Source: Pseudomonadales bacterium
GTDB taxonomy: Bacteria > Pseudomonadota > Gammaproteobacteria > Pseudomonadales > Azotimanducaceae
Length of the DNA stretch: 64,000 bases
Direction: 5' to 3'
Assembly (NCBI GenBank): GCA_023300545.1
Contig: JALZVT010000167.1
Location: 153-64,152 of the forward strand
A model generated the notes under the pieces. It saw nothing but the letters and a program-made list of their open reading frames with translations, made no database searches and was not told the origin of the DNA. A program made the translations under genes and the position numbers. Positions 24,133 to 33,042 of the stretch are shown one piece after another. How positions within the stretch are numbered: position 1 is the stretch's first letter; every line of letters starts with the position of its first letter.

Positions 24133-24558
24133 ATGGGCCATTTCACTCGAAAATTGACTAGCAACGGAGCGCTGCTCCAGCGATTGCCCCTGAGGGTGGC
24201 GGTAGTGCTGTTAGTGGTTGGCCTCTGTGCGCCTGGCTTTGCAGATCCTGACGATTGGATCGACAATCCCCAGAAGCCCCGTAACCCCCGTAACTCTCAG
24301 AGTCAGGCGATCGATTCGTCGTCCAGCTCTTTTGCAGCCCAACCTAACGTGAGTGCCGCACAGGCGGCTGCTCGCGTGCGGCGTCTCCATGGCGGGCGTG
24401 TACTGTCCGTGAGCCCGTCTCGGCGAGGCGATGCACTAGGCTATCGCGTCCGTGTTCTGGTCGCCGGTGGTCGTGTTAAAACGGTTTATGTCGATAGCGG
24501 TAACGCGAACGACGCAGCCCCGTCCAACCCAGCCGTGCGAACTATCGGCGATCGCTGA
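24133..24558 (+). CDS. PepSY-like periplasmic protein
   Basis: 141 aa with a signal sequence. C-terminal AAQAAARVRRLHGGRVLSVSPSRRGDALGYRVRVLVAGGRVKTVYVD resembles a PepSY fold. Lies immediately upstream of a two-component pair. Confidence 0.55.
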   Translation: MGHFTRKLTSNGALLQRLPLRVAVVLLVVGLCAPGFADPDDWIDNPQKPRNPRNSQSQAIDSSSSSFAAQPNVSAAQAAARVRRLHGGRVLSVSPSRRGDALGYRVRVLVAGGRVKTVYVDSGNANDAAPSNPAVRTIGDR

Positions 24559-24569
24559 GAGCACCCATC

Positions 24570-25247
24570 ATGCGAATTCTCGTAGTAGAAGACGAACAAG
24601 CCTTGCGCGACCAATTGACCATCTTTCTGAAGGGCGAAGGTTATGTGGTTGATGAGGCCTGTGACGGTGAAGAGGCGCTGTATTACGGGCGCGAATATCA
24701 GTACGACGCGGCGGTTGTTGATCTGGGCTTGCCCAAGATTGACGGTGTTGCGGTGATTGAAACGCTGCGTGCGGAAGATCGTTCGTTTCCCGTACTTATT
24801 CTCACTGCCCGCAGTCATTGGCAAGACAAGGTGCGTGGGCTCGAGGCTGGGGCTGATGACTATCTGACTAAACCTTTCCACATGGAAGAGCTTGCCGCGC
24901 GTATCAATGCGCTGCTGCGTCGCGCCGCCGGGCACGCATCACCGGTGCTGACGTCGGGTGATTTGCAACTCGATTCGGCAAAGAAAGAAGTGCGTGTTGC
25001 TGATGCACTGGTTGAGCTCACTGCCTTTGAGTACAAGGTTCTTGAGTACTTAATGATCAATGGCGATCGCGTCGTGTCGAAAACTGAACTGACCGACCAT
25101 CTGTACGACCAAGATTTTGATCGCGATTCCAACGTCATTGAGGTATTTGTTGGTCGCTTGCGTAAAAAAGTCGACCCAGATGGTTCGCGCAAGCCGATTC
25201 GCACAGTGCGAGGACAAGGCTACCGCTTCGCCGGTGAGAGCGCCTGA
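24570..25247 (+). CDS. OmpR/PhoB-family response regulator (PhoP-like)
   Basis: Receiver domain MRILVVEDE...AVVDLGLPKIDG...DDYLTKPF plus a winged-helix output domain (FEYKVLEYLM...IRTVRGQGYRF). Confidence 0.92.
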   Translation: MRILVVEDEQALRDQLTIFLKGEGYVVDEACDGEEALYYGREYQYDAAVVDLGLPKIDGVAVIETLRAEDRSFPVLILTARSHWQDKVRGLEAGADDYLTKPFHMEELAARINALLRRAAGHASPVLTSGDLQLDSAKKEVRVADALVELTAFEYKVLEYLMINGDRVVSKTELTDHLYDQDFDRDSNVIEVFVGRLRKKVDPDGSRKPIRTVRGQGYRFAGESA

Positions 25248-26655
25248 GCCGACACTCTTGAAACAGCTGGGTCTGCAAAGCCGACTGCTCATCCTGACGC
25301 TTTTAGTGCTGGGTGCCTCGCTTGGATTAACCGGCGTGGTGCTTGATGCATCGTTTCGTGCCAGCAATATCGTCGCTGCCGAAGAGCAACTGGAGCTCGT
25401 CATTTATTCCGTAATGGGCGCGGTCGAAGAGGTGGATAGCGGTCTGTTTTTACCAGAGATCGCGACTCTGGGTGGTCTCTCTCAGCCCGAATCAGGGCTT
25501 TATGCGCTCGTGCAGACGGTTGATGGTGAGGTGTTCTGGCGGTCGCGCTCTGCGCGCTTGTCAGATGTCGATTTTGCCCTCGCGCCAGGTAATTTAGCAC
25601 CAGGCGATTTTCGTTTTCTTGATGGGCGTGACGTGGGCATTAGCCGTTTCTTTCTCACCTACGCAGTGATTTGGGAGGAACGGGGTGAAGAGGTCGAATT
25701 GCTGTTTCGCGCCGCCGCCGATACGGGCCCGTTTCAGGTCCAGGTCAGAGAGTTTCGGCGCAACCTGTGGCTAGGTCTGCTGGGAGTGGCAGCGCTGGTT
25801 ATGCTGGTTCAAGTGGTAGCCGTCCGCGTAGGTCTGCGGCCGGTACGCGTGATGGCAGACGAGGTGCTGGAGTTGGAGGCCGGCAAACGCACTGCGCTCA
25901 GCGGCGACTACCCCCATGAGTTAACCGGGCTCGCGAATAATCTCGATCGCTTTATTGAGCACGAAACGGCCAGTCGGGCGCGGCATCGCAATGCACTCGA
26001 TGACCTGGCGCATAGTTTAAAAACGCCATTGGCTGTTATTCGCAACGCGCTTCGGGAAGAAAAGGCAGAACTTAATGAGGCTGACGATGAGCCTCTGCAG
26101 ATTGATTCCCACGATGTGGATCGCGTGTTGTTACGTGATCAGCTGGATCGAATGGAAACAACGGTCGCTCATCAGCTGTCGCGTGCGGTGTCGAGCGGTC
26201 CCGTTGTGGTCGGCCATCTCACGGGCGTACGCCAGGTTGTCGAACGGCTCGGTCGGGCACTGCGTACGGCGTATCGTGACAAGGCGTTGCAGGTGGACAT
26301 AGTGGGTTCCCAGGAGCTTAAGTTTCGTGGCGACGAGCGTGACCTGATGGAGATTCTGGGCAACCTGTTGGAGAACGCGTTCAAATACACCCGATCGCGG
26401 GTACAGGTACAGGTGTTGCCCCACGCGCAGGCGGGCGTGCTGGTGCAGCTTGACGACGATGGCCCCGGCATTCCTCCCGAGCAGCAGCAGCAGGTGTTAG
26501 CGCGCGGCGAGCGAGGTGATACTGCGTTGCAAGGGCAGGGCATTGGTCTGTCGATGGTGGTAGAGCTGGTATCGCTCTACGGCGGAGAGTTACAACTGGG
26601 TGAAAGTGCGCTGGGTGGCGCACGGGTGAGCGTGTTTTTACCCGGCAGCGAGTAG
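25234..26655 (+). CDS. Sensor histidine kinase (PhoQ-like)
   Basis: Two TMs flank a periplasmic domain, followed by HAMP. H-box LDDLAHSLKTPLAVI, N-box LLENAFKYT, G-boxes DDDGPGIP and GQGIGLSMV. The start is uncertain (GTG 25234 overlapping the regulator stop, or TTG 25258). The track ORF from 25117 overlaps the regulator too far. Confidence 0.85.
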   Translation: MRAPEPTLLKQLGLQSRLLILTLLVLGASLGLTGVVLDASFRASNIVAAEEQLELVIYSVMGAVEEVDSGLFLPEIATLGGLSQPESGLYALVQTVDGEVFWRSRSARLSDVDFALAPGNLAPGDFRFLDGRDVGISRFFLTYAVIWEERGEEVELLFRAAADTGPFQVQVREFRRNLWLGLLGVAALVMLVQVVAVRVGLRPVRVMADEVLELEAGKRTALSGDYPHELTGLANNLDRFIEHETASRARHRNALDDLAHSLKTPLAVIRNALREEKAELNEADDEPLQIDSHDVDRVLLRDQLDRMETTVAHQLSRAVSSGPVVVGHLTGVRQVVERLGRALRTAYRDKALQVDIVGSQELKFRGDERDLMEILGNLLENAFKYTRSRVQVQVLPHAQAGVLVQLDDDGPGIPPEQQQQVLARGERGDTALQGQGIGLSMVVELVSLYGGELQLGESALGGARVSVFLPGSE

Positions 26656-26670
26656 CTGGCCGGGCTATGC

Positions 26671-29340
26671 CTAGAGCAGAGCGTTTGCGGCTGCAAATAG
26701 ACGTTCGCGCCGAGAGTCGCTGTCACTGCTGGCAGTCAGTTCACACCAGCGCCGTGCTAGCTCGAGTGCGTCGCTCGACTTTCGCGCGCCACTGTTCATA
26801 CCGGCATTTAGCCACTGCACCTGTAGTTCGAGGCGGCGTTGTCCGTCACTGGCTGGCGACTCAATACCTGCCTGGATCTCGGCTTCGATGACCAGATCGA
26901 GGTGGGCGTTTTTGGCGGGTGCTTGCCTGCTGGCAAACACTTTGTCGCCTTCCAGCACTTGCGCTGGCAGTTCATTGCCCGCTGCTTCGGCCGCTGCTGC
27001 AAGCACATCGAGTTCTTTCAGCGCGGTTAGGCTCGCCTGTTTCTTGGCAGAGGCTTTGGTTTTGAGTTTTGCGTTGAACTGGTCTTCCAGATCGCGAGCT
27101 TGCCGGATGACGGAACGATCGAGATTGTCGAATTCCTCCAGATCATGTTTCATCGCGGCAAGCTGGCTGCGGTCGACATCGGCTGCGGCGGTTGCTTCTA
27201 GAAGCGTGGCAAACTCGGTAAGTCTCGTCTTTGCAGCCGTTTGTTGAGCGGCACTCTCTGCTTGAGCCTGATTGCGCTCTTCATCTCGCGTATTGAACAG
27301 GGCGTCGCAGGCGGCGCGAAAGCGTTTCCATAATTTCTGATCGGGCCCACGCGGAACAGGTCCTGCGTCTTTCCACTGCTGCTGCAAACGCTTTGCACTA
27401 TTGAGCCGAGCTTCTAGCGGCTCTTCGCTTTCCAGCATCGCTTCTGCGGTTTCTACCAGCTTTTCTTTGGCGACCAGATTGCCCGACCAGCCGTCCTGCA
27501 ATTTGGCGTAGAGCTCGTCGGTAACCGTCTTGAAACTTTTTTCAAGTGCGCGATTGGCACCGCGTTCTACGGGGAATGCGCTGCGCCATTCGGTGCGTGC
27601 GGAATTCAAAATAGTACGAGCGGCCGCGAGATCGGTGTCAGCCCAGTCGGTGGCGCTAACAAAGGTTTCCAATTGCGTGAGAATTGATTTGCGCGTCGCG
27701 ATGTTTGCTGTACGTTGCTCGGCTAATACGGCGTAGTGCAGTCGGCAGGGTTCGAACGCTTGCACCGCGGCCTTATCAAAGCGTTCAGCAAGCTCTTTTG
27801 GTCCCTTGCCGCCCAGCGCGTTCCACTGCGCGCGCAGGGCTTTCACCTGATCTGCTTGCTCATCGGGTTCGACGGGTTGTTCGGCCAGCGCAGCCATCTG
27901 GTTGCACAGCTCTTCGCGTTTGGGATCGGTAGCAAAGTGTTGCCAATCACGCAGATTTTGCATATTCGCAAGCAGCGTGCCGAAGCGTTTGCGTGTTGCA
28001 TTGGCAGCACCACCAGGCAGAGCTTCTTGTAGAGCGCGAGCTTCGCCGCGGGCGGCTTCGGCTTGTTTTAGTTCGCCAGCATCCAGTGCGTCTGCAAGAC
28101 GTTTCACCTGAGTTTGGAAACTGGTTTCGAGCTCGTTCTGGCGGGCTTTGCCAGCGTTAACCAGGTCGCTTGCAACCTTTGCGCGCTCTGCAAGCTGCTC
28201 GATCACTTCGGGGACTGGCACCTTGGCTGGGTAGTTGAGACCGCTGCTGAGCTTACGAATCGTTTTGCTTGTGGAGTCTGCTTGCTCGACCTGTTTCCAG
28301 GCGGCGGCCAGATCTTTACGAGGGAGCGCTTGCAGCTCTGCCGGGGTAAGACTGGCTGGCTGCGCAATTGCGGTCGCAATGTCGTCGGCTCGTTCGGCCA
28401 ATAGCGCTTCGCAACGGCCTACTTTTTCAAACAGCGCTGTACTGCTGGTCACCTGGTCAATGGCGCGGGCATCGGGTGTGGCGGCGGCAATAGCGTCGCG
28501 CCAGTCGTTGCCGGCACTGTGCATGTCTTGGGTGAGTTGCGAGGTGGGCGTCCCACTTTCTAACTGTTGTTGTAGAACCTTGAAGCGCGCACTAAGCACT
28601 TTAAAGTCTGGCCCTTCATGGTCGTTGTCGGTTGCGTCCACAGCGGGCGCGAGCGGCATTGGCGTTAGTGCGGGTGCGGTTTCGGAGTAGTCGGCAAGAA
28701 TGGTGGTACTGGCGGCGAGCTCTTGTGCTGCAACGGCATGTTTTTGGGCGAGGGCGTTAAATCGCGCCTGTAGAATTTCGTCCTTCTGCGGCACGGCGCT
28801 GTCACGCCCGAGTGATGTCGCGGCACTCGCGAGTTCGGCGGTGGTTGCGGCGGCCTGCGCCGCACTGCTGCGAGCCTGTCGAAGTCGGTCGAGGCGTTCG
28901 CGGGCGGCGCGATTGCAGGCCTTGTTTTTGGACCGCGAGGCGTGCTCAAGATCAATCAGTTCGGCTTCGCTGGTAATCGCCTGTAACCCTGCGCTGCGGA
29001 GTTCTGCTTGGTGGGCGCCCAGCAGCAGTTCCAGCCGCGCCTGGGGCGTGACTGCGAGTCCCAGTGCATCGTTTACTGAGGCAACGCTTGCGAGTTGATC
29101 TGCGCAAAGTGCAAGGCAACCGCTCTGCTGGGACAGGCTATTCAGGGTGGCGACATCGTTGATGCGAGCGATCAGCGTCGCGCGCTCCTTATTCGAGCTG
29201 GCCGCGCGTACGGCGCTAGCCAGCTCATCTGGACCGGCGTTCTCGTCGGGTACGGCAGCAGCCCGCTCGGCGCCAGCGGACGCTTTGCCGCCAGAGTCGG
29301 CAGAGACTTTCTTGGACTTAGAAAACAGGCGAAAAACCAT
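26671..29340 (-). CDS. DUF349 repeat-containing protein
   Basis: 889-aa helical, A/E/Q-rich protein with repeated units of the DUF349 type (WRSAFPVERGANRALEKSF, QQQWKDAGPVPRGPDQKLWKRFRAACDALF, LRAQWNALGGKGPKELAERF). GGAGA SD upstream. Confidence 0.7.
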   Translation of the reverse strand: MVFRLFSKSKKVSADSGGKASAGAERAAAVPDENAGPDELASAVRAASSNKERATLIARINDVATLNSLSQQSGCLALCADQLASVASVNDALGLAVTPQARLELLLGAHQAELRSAGLQAITSEAELIDLEHASRSKNKACNRAARERLDRLRQARSSAAQAAATTAELASAATSLGRDSAVPQKDEILQARFNALAQKHAVAAQELAASTTILADYSETAPALTPMPLAPAVDATDNDHEGPDFKVLSARFKVLQQQLESGTPTSQLTQDMHSAGNDWRDAIAAATPDARAIDQVTSSTALFEKVGRCEALLAERADDIATAIAQPASLTPAELQALPRKDLAAAWKQVEQADSTSKTIRKLSSGLNYPAKVPVPEVIEQLAERAKVASDLVNAGKARQNELETSFQTQVKRLADALDAGELKQAEAARGEARALQEALPGGAANATRKRFGTLLANMQNLRDWQHFATDPKREELCNQMAALAEQPVEPDEQADQVKALRAQWNALGGKGPKELAERFDKAAVQAFEPCRLHYAVLAEQRTANIATRKSILTQLETFVSATDWADTDLAAARTILNSARTEWRSAFPVERGANRALEKSFKTVTDELYAKLQDGWSGNLVAKEKLVETAEAMLESEEPLEARLNSAKRLQQQWKDAGPVPRGPDQKLWKRFRAACDALFNTRDEERNQAQAESAAQQTAAKTRLTEFATLLEATAAADVDRSQLAAMKHDLEEFDNLDRSVIRQARDLEDQFNAKLKTKASAKKQASLTALKELDVLAAAAEAAGNELPAQVLEGDKVFASRQAPAKNAHLDLVIEAEIQAGIESPASDGQRRLELQVQWLNAGMNSGARKSSDALELARRWCELTASSDSDSRRERLFAAANALL

Positions 29341-29501
29341 AGTGATGTCTCCGCCCGAGCGCCGTTGGGTGTCGTTGGATTACTCGGCAGGGGCTGGTGA
29401 GTGGATTTGCGCGACAATTTGGCGTGGTTGCGGCTGCTTGTCCAGTTCCGTTGTTGTGATGGCGCAGAATCAGCGGGCCACTTCCAGTTAAACTTCGGCT
29501 C

Positions 29502-30794
29502 ATGGACCCAAATTTATCATTGTCGGACGAAGAATTTGTGGGGGCTGCTAACGTTTTTTTGGCCCGTCATTGGCAGACCGCTGACGCCCGGCTTCTCGGG
29601 CGGCGCGGCGAACTGGTGCGATCACGTTACCTGGCGGCACTGGCTGCCTGTGGCCGCCTCACAGGGCACTGGCCACGTCAATATGGTGGGCTTGGCTGGA
29701 CGCCCCGTCAGCGTTGGTTGTGGGAGCGCGAGGCCGCTCGAGCCCAGGCGCCCCAGCCCGCCGCCCACGGACCCGATTTCTTGGGGGCTGCGTTAATTAC
29801 CTACGGTAGTGAAGTGCAGCAGCGTCAGCATCTGCCGGCCATTGCTGAAGGTAGCGTTCATTGGTGTCAGGCCTTCGGGGAAGATTCGGCAGGGCTGGAT
29901 CTTGCTCAGCTGACCACGATCGCTGTCCCGGTCGATAGGGCGGCGTCCAGTTCAACTGGTGGGGTTATTTCTGCGGGCTGGGCGCTGACCGGGGTCAAAC
30001 CCTGGGTGCTGGACGTCCCTGCGGGTGACACTAGGTTGTCGGGAGCAAACTGGATTTACGTTCTTGCCCGAGTAAGCGCTCATCCCCAGCCCGAACCCGC
30101 GCTCTCCGCAGATGCCAAATTTGGCGTGTTTCTGCTCGATCTTGCGAGCCCTGGAATCACGGTAACGCCAAGCCGCATGATAGGCGAGGAGGCGGGGAGA
30201 CTGGATTCGCTCCGCTACAGCGTGGGCTGCGTGACTCTGGATAAGGTGCAGGTGCCGCCAGCTGGGCTGCTTGGACCGATGGATTCGACGGCGAGCCTGG
30301 CGCTTGGCATAGAGCAGGCAGAATTTGCCCAGCCCGGGGTGGTGGCGCGCAATGAGTTGTTGCTGGCACAGCTGCGCGATTTTGTGCAGAGCGGCGAGCT
30401 AGATGGCGGCAGCCTCTGGCGCGACGACGATTTCCGGACCAAATTGCATGAGCTTGAGATTGGGATGGCAAGCCTGCAGGCGATGGAAGCGCGCTCCCTT
30501 GGGGCCGAGTCAGAGTTTGTCCTGGCTGCAAATCTGTTGATTGCTGCTCGTAATCGACAAATAAGCCAGCAGCTTGCCGACCTGCAGGTCGAAGCTTTGG
30601 GCTATTTTGCGCTGCCTTACACTCATTTGGACTCCCTCGACAACGAAGGTCCAATCGGACCGGAGTTTTCCCAGCCTGTGCTATTCGGTATGCTGTCGAA
30701 TCGTGCTCGGGAAGCTGTGTTGGCTCCTCGAGACCATTTAAAAAACATTATTGCAAAATCAGTATTGGGCCTGTCCTCCGCTACCCTCCTTTAA
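29502..30794 (+). CDS. Acyl-CoA dehydrogenase family protein (divergent member of a tandem pair)
   Basis: 430 aa. ACAD-like N-terminal and middle-domain signatures (YGGLGW, ITYGSEVQQRQHLPAIAEGSVHWCQAFGEDSAGLDLAQL, GVKPWV) but a divergent C-terminal domain. Confidence 0.7.
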   Translation: MDPNLSLSDEEFVGAANVFLARHWQTADARLLGRRGELVRSRYLAALAACGRLTGHWPRQYGGLGWTPRQRWLWEREAARAQAPQPAAHGPDFLGAALITYGSEVQQRQHLPAIAEGSVHWCQAFGEDSAGLDLAQLTTIAVPVDRAASSSTGGVISAGWALTGVKPWVLDVPAGDTRLSGANWIYVLARVSAHPQPEPALSADAKFGVFLLDLASPGITVTPSRMIGEEAGRLDSLRYSVGCVTLDKVQVPPAGLLGPMDSTASLALGIEQAEFAQPGVVARNELLLAQLRDFVQSGELDGGSLWRDDDFRTKLHELEIGMASLQAMEARSLGAESEFVLAANLLIAARNRQISQQLADLQVEALGYFALPYTHLDSLDNEGPIGPEFSQPVLFGMLSNRAREAVLAPRDHLKNIIAKSVLGLSSATLL

Positions 30795-30852
30795 ACAAGG
30801 AGCTGACCTGATTGTTGTATAGCGTTTGCTGATTTTTTAGGGGAGAGACCCA

Positions 30853-31974
30853 ATGGATTTTTCGTTTACCGATGAACAAAACCTGCTCCAAGAGAGCTTG
30901 TCGAAGTTCATTCAGAATGATTATGGCTTTGATGACCGGCAGAAATCTGCCGCTCATGAGAAAGGCTTTGCTGCAGCTAACTGGAAGCAGTTTGCAGAAC
31001 TGGGCTGGCTGGGTATGCCGTTTTCAGAGGCGGATGGTGGTTACGGCGGCAGCGCTGTCGATACCATGCTCATGCAAGAACAGTTTGGTAAAGGCCTGAT
31101 GGTCGAGCCCTTCGTGCCAACGGTTGTGCTTGCTGGTGGCGCCATAAAAATCGCCGGCGATGCCGCGCAGAAGACGAAGTATCTTGCGGGCATCATCGAC
31201 GGTTCTATGCAGGGTGCACTGGCCTATGCCGAGCCCCAGGGCCGATTTAACCTGGCAGACCTTGTCACTACAGCGAGCAAATCAGGTGATGGCTACCAGT
31301 TAACCGGTCACAAGTCGGTTGTACTCAATGGTCCTAGTGCCGACTTCATGGTCGTGTCAGCGCGTACCAGCGGTGACCAGCGCGACGAGTCGGGTGTGTC
31401 TCTGTTTATTGTTGAGAGTGGTGCCAACGGCATGAGCCGTCGTGACTACCCCACGGTAGATGCGTTGCGTGCCAGCGAAGTGACTCTTGAGAACACCCCT
31501 GGGGTATTGCTGGGTACTGAGGGCGCTGGCCTTGCGTCCTTACAACAGGTGATCGACGAAGCGACCATTGCACTTGGCGCCGAAGCGGTTGGCTGTATGG
31601 AAGTGCTCTACAAAGACACCGTCGAATACTGCAAAACCCGCGAACAGTTTGGTCAACCGATTGGTAAATTCCAGGTGTTACAGCACCGCATGGTCGACAT
31701 GTTTATGGAGTACGAGCAGTCGAAGTCACTTATGTTTATGGCTGCGATGCGGCTTGACGAAGGCTATGGCCCCGAAGCTCAGAAAGCGGTTTCTGCTTTT
31801 AAAGTACAGGTGGGCAAGTCGGGTCGGTTTGTGGGGCAGCAGGCGGTGCAGTTGCACGGCGGCATGGGTATGACCGATGAGCTGAATATTGGTCATTACT
31901 TCAAGCGTCTGACTATGATCGACACCATGTTTGGTAACGTCGACTTTCACCTGAAGCGGTTCGGTCGTCTATAG
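30853..31974 (+). CDS. Acyl-CoA dehydrogenase
   Basis: 373 aa with canonical ACAD layout (GWLGMPFSEADGGYG, GHKSVVLNG, REQFGQPIGKFQVLQHRMVDM, QLHGGMGMTDE). GGAGAGA SD. Confidence 0.88.
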   Translation: MDFSFTDEQNLLQESLSKFIQNDYGFDDRQKSAAHEKGFAAANWKQFAELGWLGMPFSEADGGYGGSAVDTMLMQEQFGKGLMVEPFVPTVVLAGGAIKIAGDAAQKTKYLAGIIDGSMQGALAYAEPQGRFNLADLVTTASKSGDGYQLTGHKSVVLNGPSADFMVVSARTSGDQRDESGVSLFIVESGANGMSRRDYPTVDALRASEVTLENTPGVLLGTEGAGLASLQQVIDEATIALGAEAVGCMEVLYKDTVEYCKTREQFGQPIGKFQVLQHRMVDMFMEYEQSKSLMFMAAMRLDEGYGPEAQKAVSAFKVQVGKSGRFVGQQAVQLHGGMGMTDELNIGHYFKRLTMIDTMFGNVDFHLKRFGRL

Positions 31975-32023
31975 GCTCTGCGAAGACGTTTGGTTCTGCG
32001 CACGCTCTTAACTGGAGACGACT

Positions 32024-32917
32024 ATGGCCCGGTGGGATTCAGCTGAAGACAAGCCCAGTATTCCTGAGTGGTTCTTCGAGGCGGTAGAAACCGCACCGGA
32101 GCAACGCTCGGTTGAAGTGGACGAGTGCGATGTTATGTATCGCCGTTATGGTGATAAGGCCAAGCCGGGCATGCTGTTGATACACGGCATGCATGCCCAC
32201 TCCCGCTGGTGGGATTTTATTGCCCCTCAGCTCACCGATGAATATTGCGTTGTTGCCATGGACCTCACGGGCATGGGTGACTCTGATTACCGTTATGAGT
32301 ATTCAGGCGACGGCTTCGCTGATGAAATCAAAGCGGTGTGCGATGACGCGGGTTTGGATTCGTCGGTTGTCGTAGTTGCGCATAGTTTTGGCGGTGGCAT
32401 GGCCGTGAAGGCTGCGAATAAATTCCCCGAACGCTTTGGCAAGTTAATACTGGTGGATTCTGGTATCCGTCACCCTGACGAACCTGAACCCGATCGTTCT
32501 GGAATGATGAACGGCCGCTCAAAGATCTACCCAGACAAAAAAGCTGCGGAAGCCCGCTTTCGGTTGCAGCCTCCGCAGGACTGCGCCAACACTTACGTGC
32601 TTGAGTACATCGCGCGCAACTCACTGATGCCTGCGGACGGCGGTTGGGCCTGGAAGTTCGATGACGACTTACCGGTAACCATGACCAACGCCGATCGACT
32701 GCCTGAAGATTTTCAGGCGCTCAGCTTGCCACTCGGAGTGATTTACGGAGCAGACAGTGAATCGTTTTCTGCACGTACGCTTGAGTACATGCGGGAGCTT
32801 ATTCCGAAAGAGTTTCCGGTGATCGAGATGGCAGATGCCCAGCACCATGTATTTCTTGACCAACCCTTGGACTTTCTGCGCGCCCTGCGCGAGATATTGC
32901 CCAAGGTGGGTCACTAA
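32024..32917 (+). CDS. Alpha/beta-fold hydrolase
   Basis: 297 aa. HGMHAHSRWW oxyanion region, nucleophile elbow VVAHSFGGGMA, and C-terminal DAQHHVFLD (catalytic His region). Confidence 0.8.
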   Translation: MARWDSAEDKPSIPEWFFEAVETAPEQRSVEVDECDVMYRRYGDKAKPGMLLIHGMHAHSRWWDFIAPQLTDEYCVVAMDLTGMGDSDYRYEYSGDGFADEIKAVCDDAGLDSSVVVVAHSFGGGMAVKAANKFPERFGKLILVDSGIRHPDEPEPDRSGMMNGRSKIYPDKKAAEARFRLQPPQDCANTYVLEYIARNSLMPADGGWAWKFDDDLPVTMTNADRLPEDFQALSLPLGVIYGADSESFSARTLEYMRELIPKEFPVIEMADAQHHVFLDQPLDFLRALREILPKVGH

Positions 32918-32990
32918 CTATCTGATTCTGTGTTTAGTTTTGCGCTACGCAGCAAGCTGAAAATACGAGGTCGAAGTTTTTCGTGAAGCG

Positions 32991-33019
32991 GGGGTCAGAA
33001 TTAATTCTGACCCCTTTTT
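32991..33019 (+). terminator. Intrinsic terminator (perfect 24-nt palindrome GGGGTCAGAATTAATTCTGACCCC plus TTTTT)
   Basis: 10-bp GC-capped stem with a 4-nt loop, directly followed by five T, about 74 nt after the hydrolase stop. It occupies the first 20 codons of the track ORF 32983, which argues for the downstream start at 33043. Confidence 0.85.
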
Positions 33020-33042
33020 GGTTGTTTTACTGGAGATTGGAT

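Noticed and set aside
26888-29491. Series of plus-strand ORFs of about 66-151 aa inside and just beyond the DUF349 gene
   Set aside because: They are antisense to a biased A/E/Q-rich gene and translate to A/S/R/C-rich strings with no motifs. The minus-strand 889-aa ORF explains the whole region.
32983-33042. First 20 codons of the MscS-family ORF as listed in the track
   Set aside because: This stretch is occupied by the perfect terminator hairpin plus T-run. A GGAGA SD precedes the ATG at 33043.
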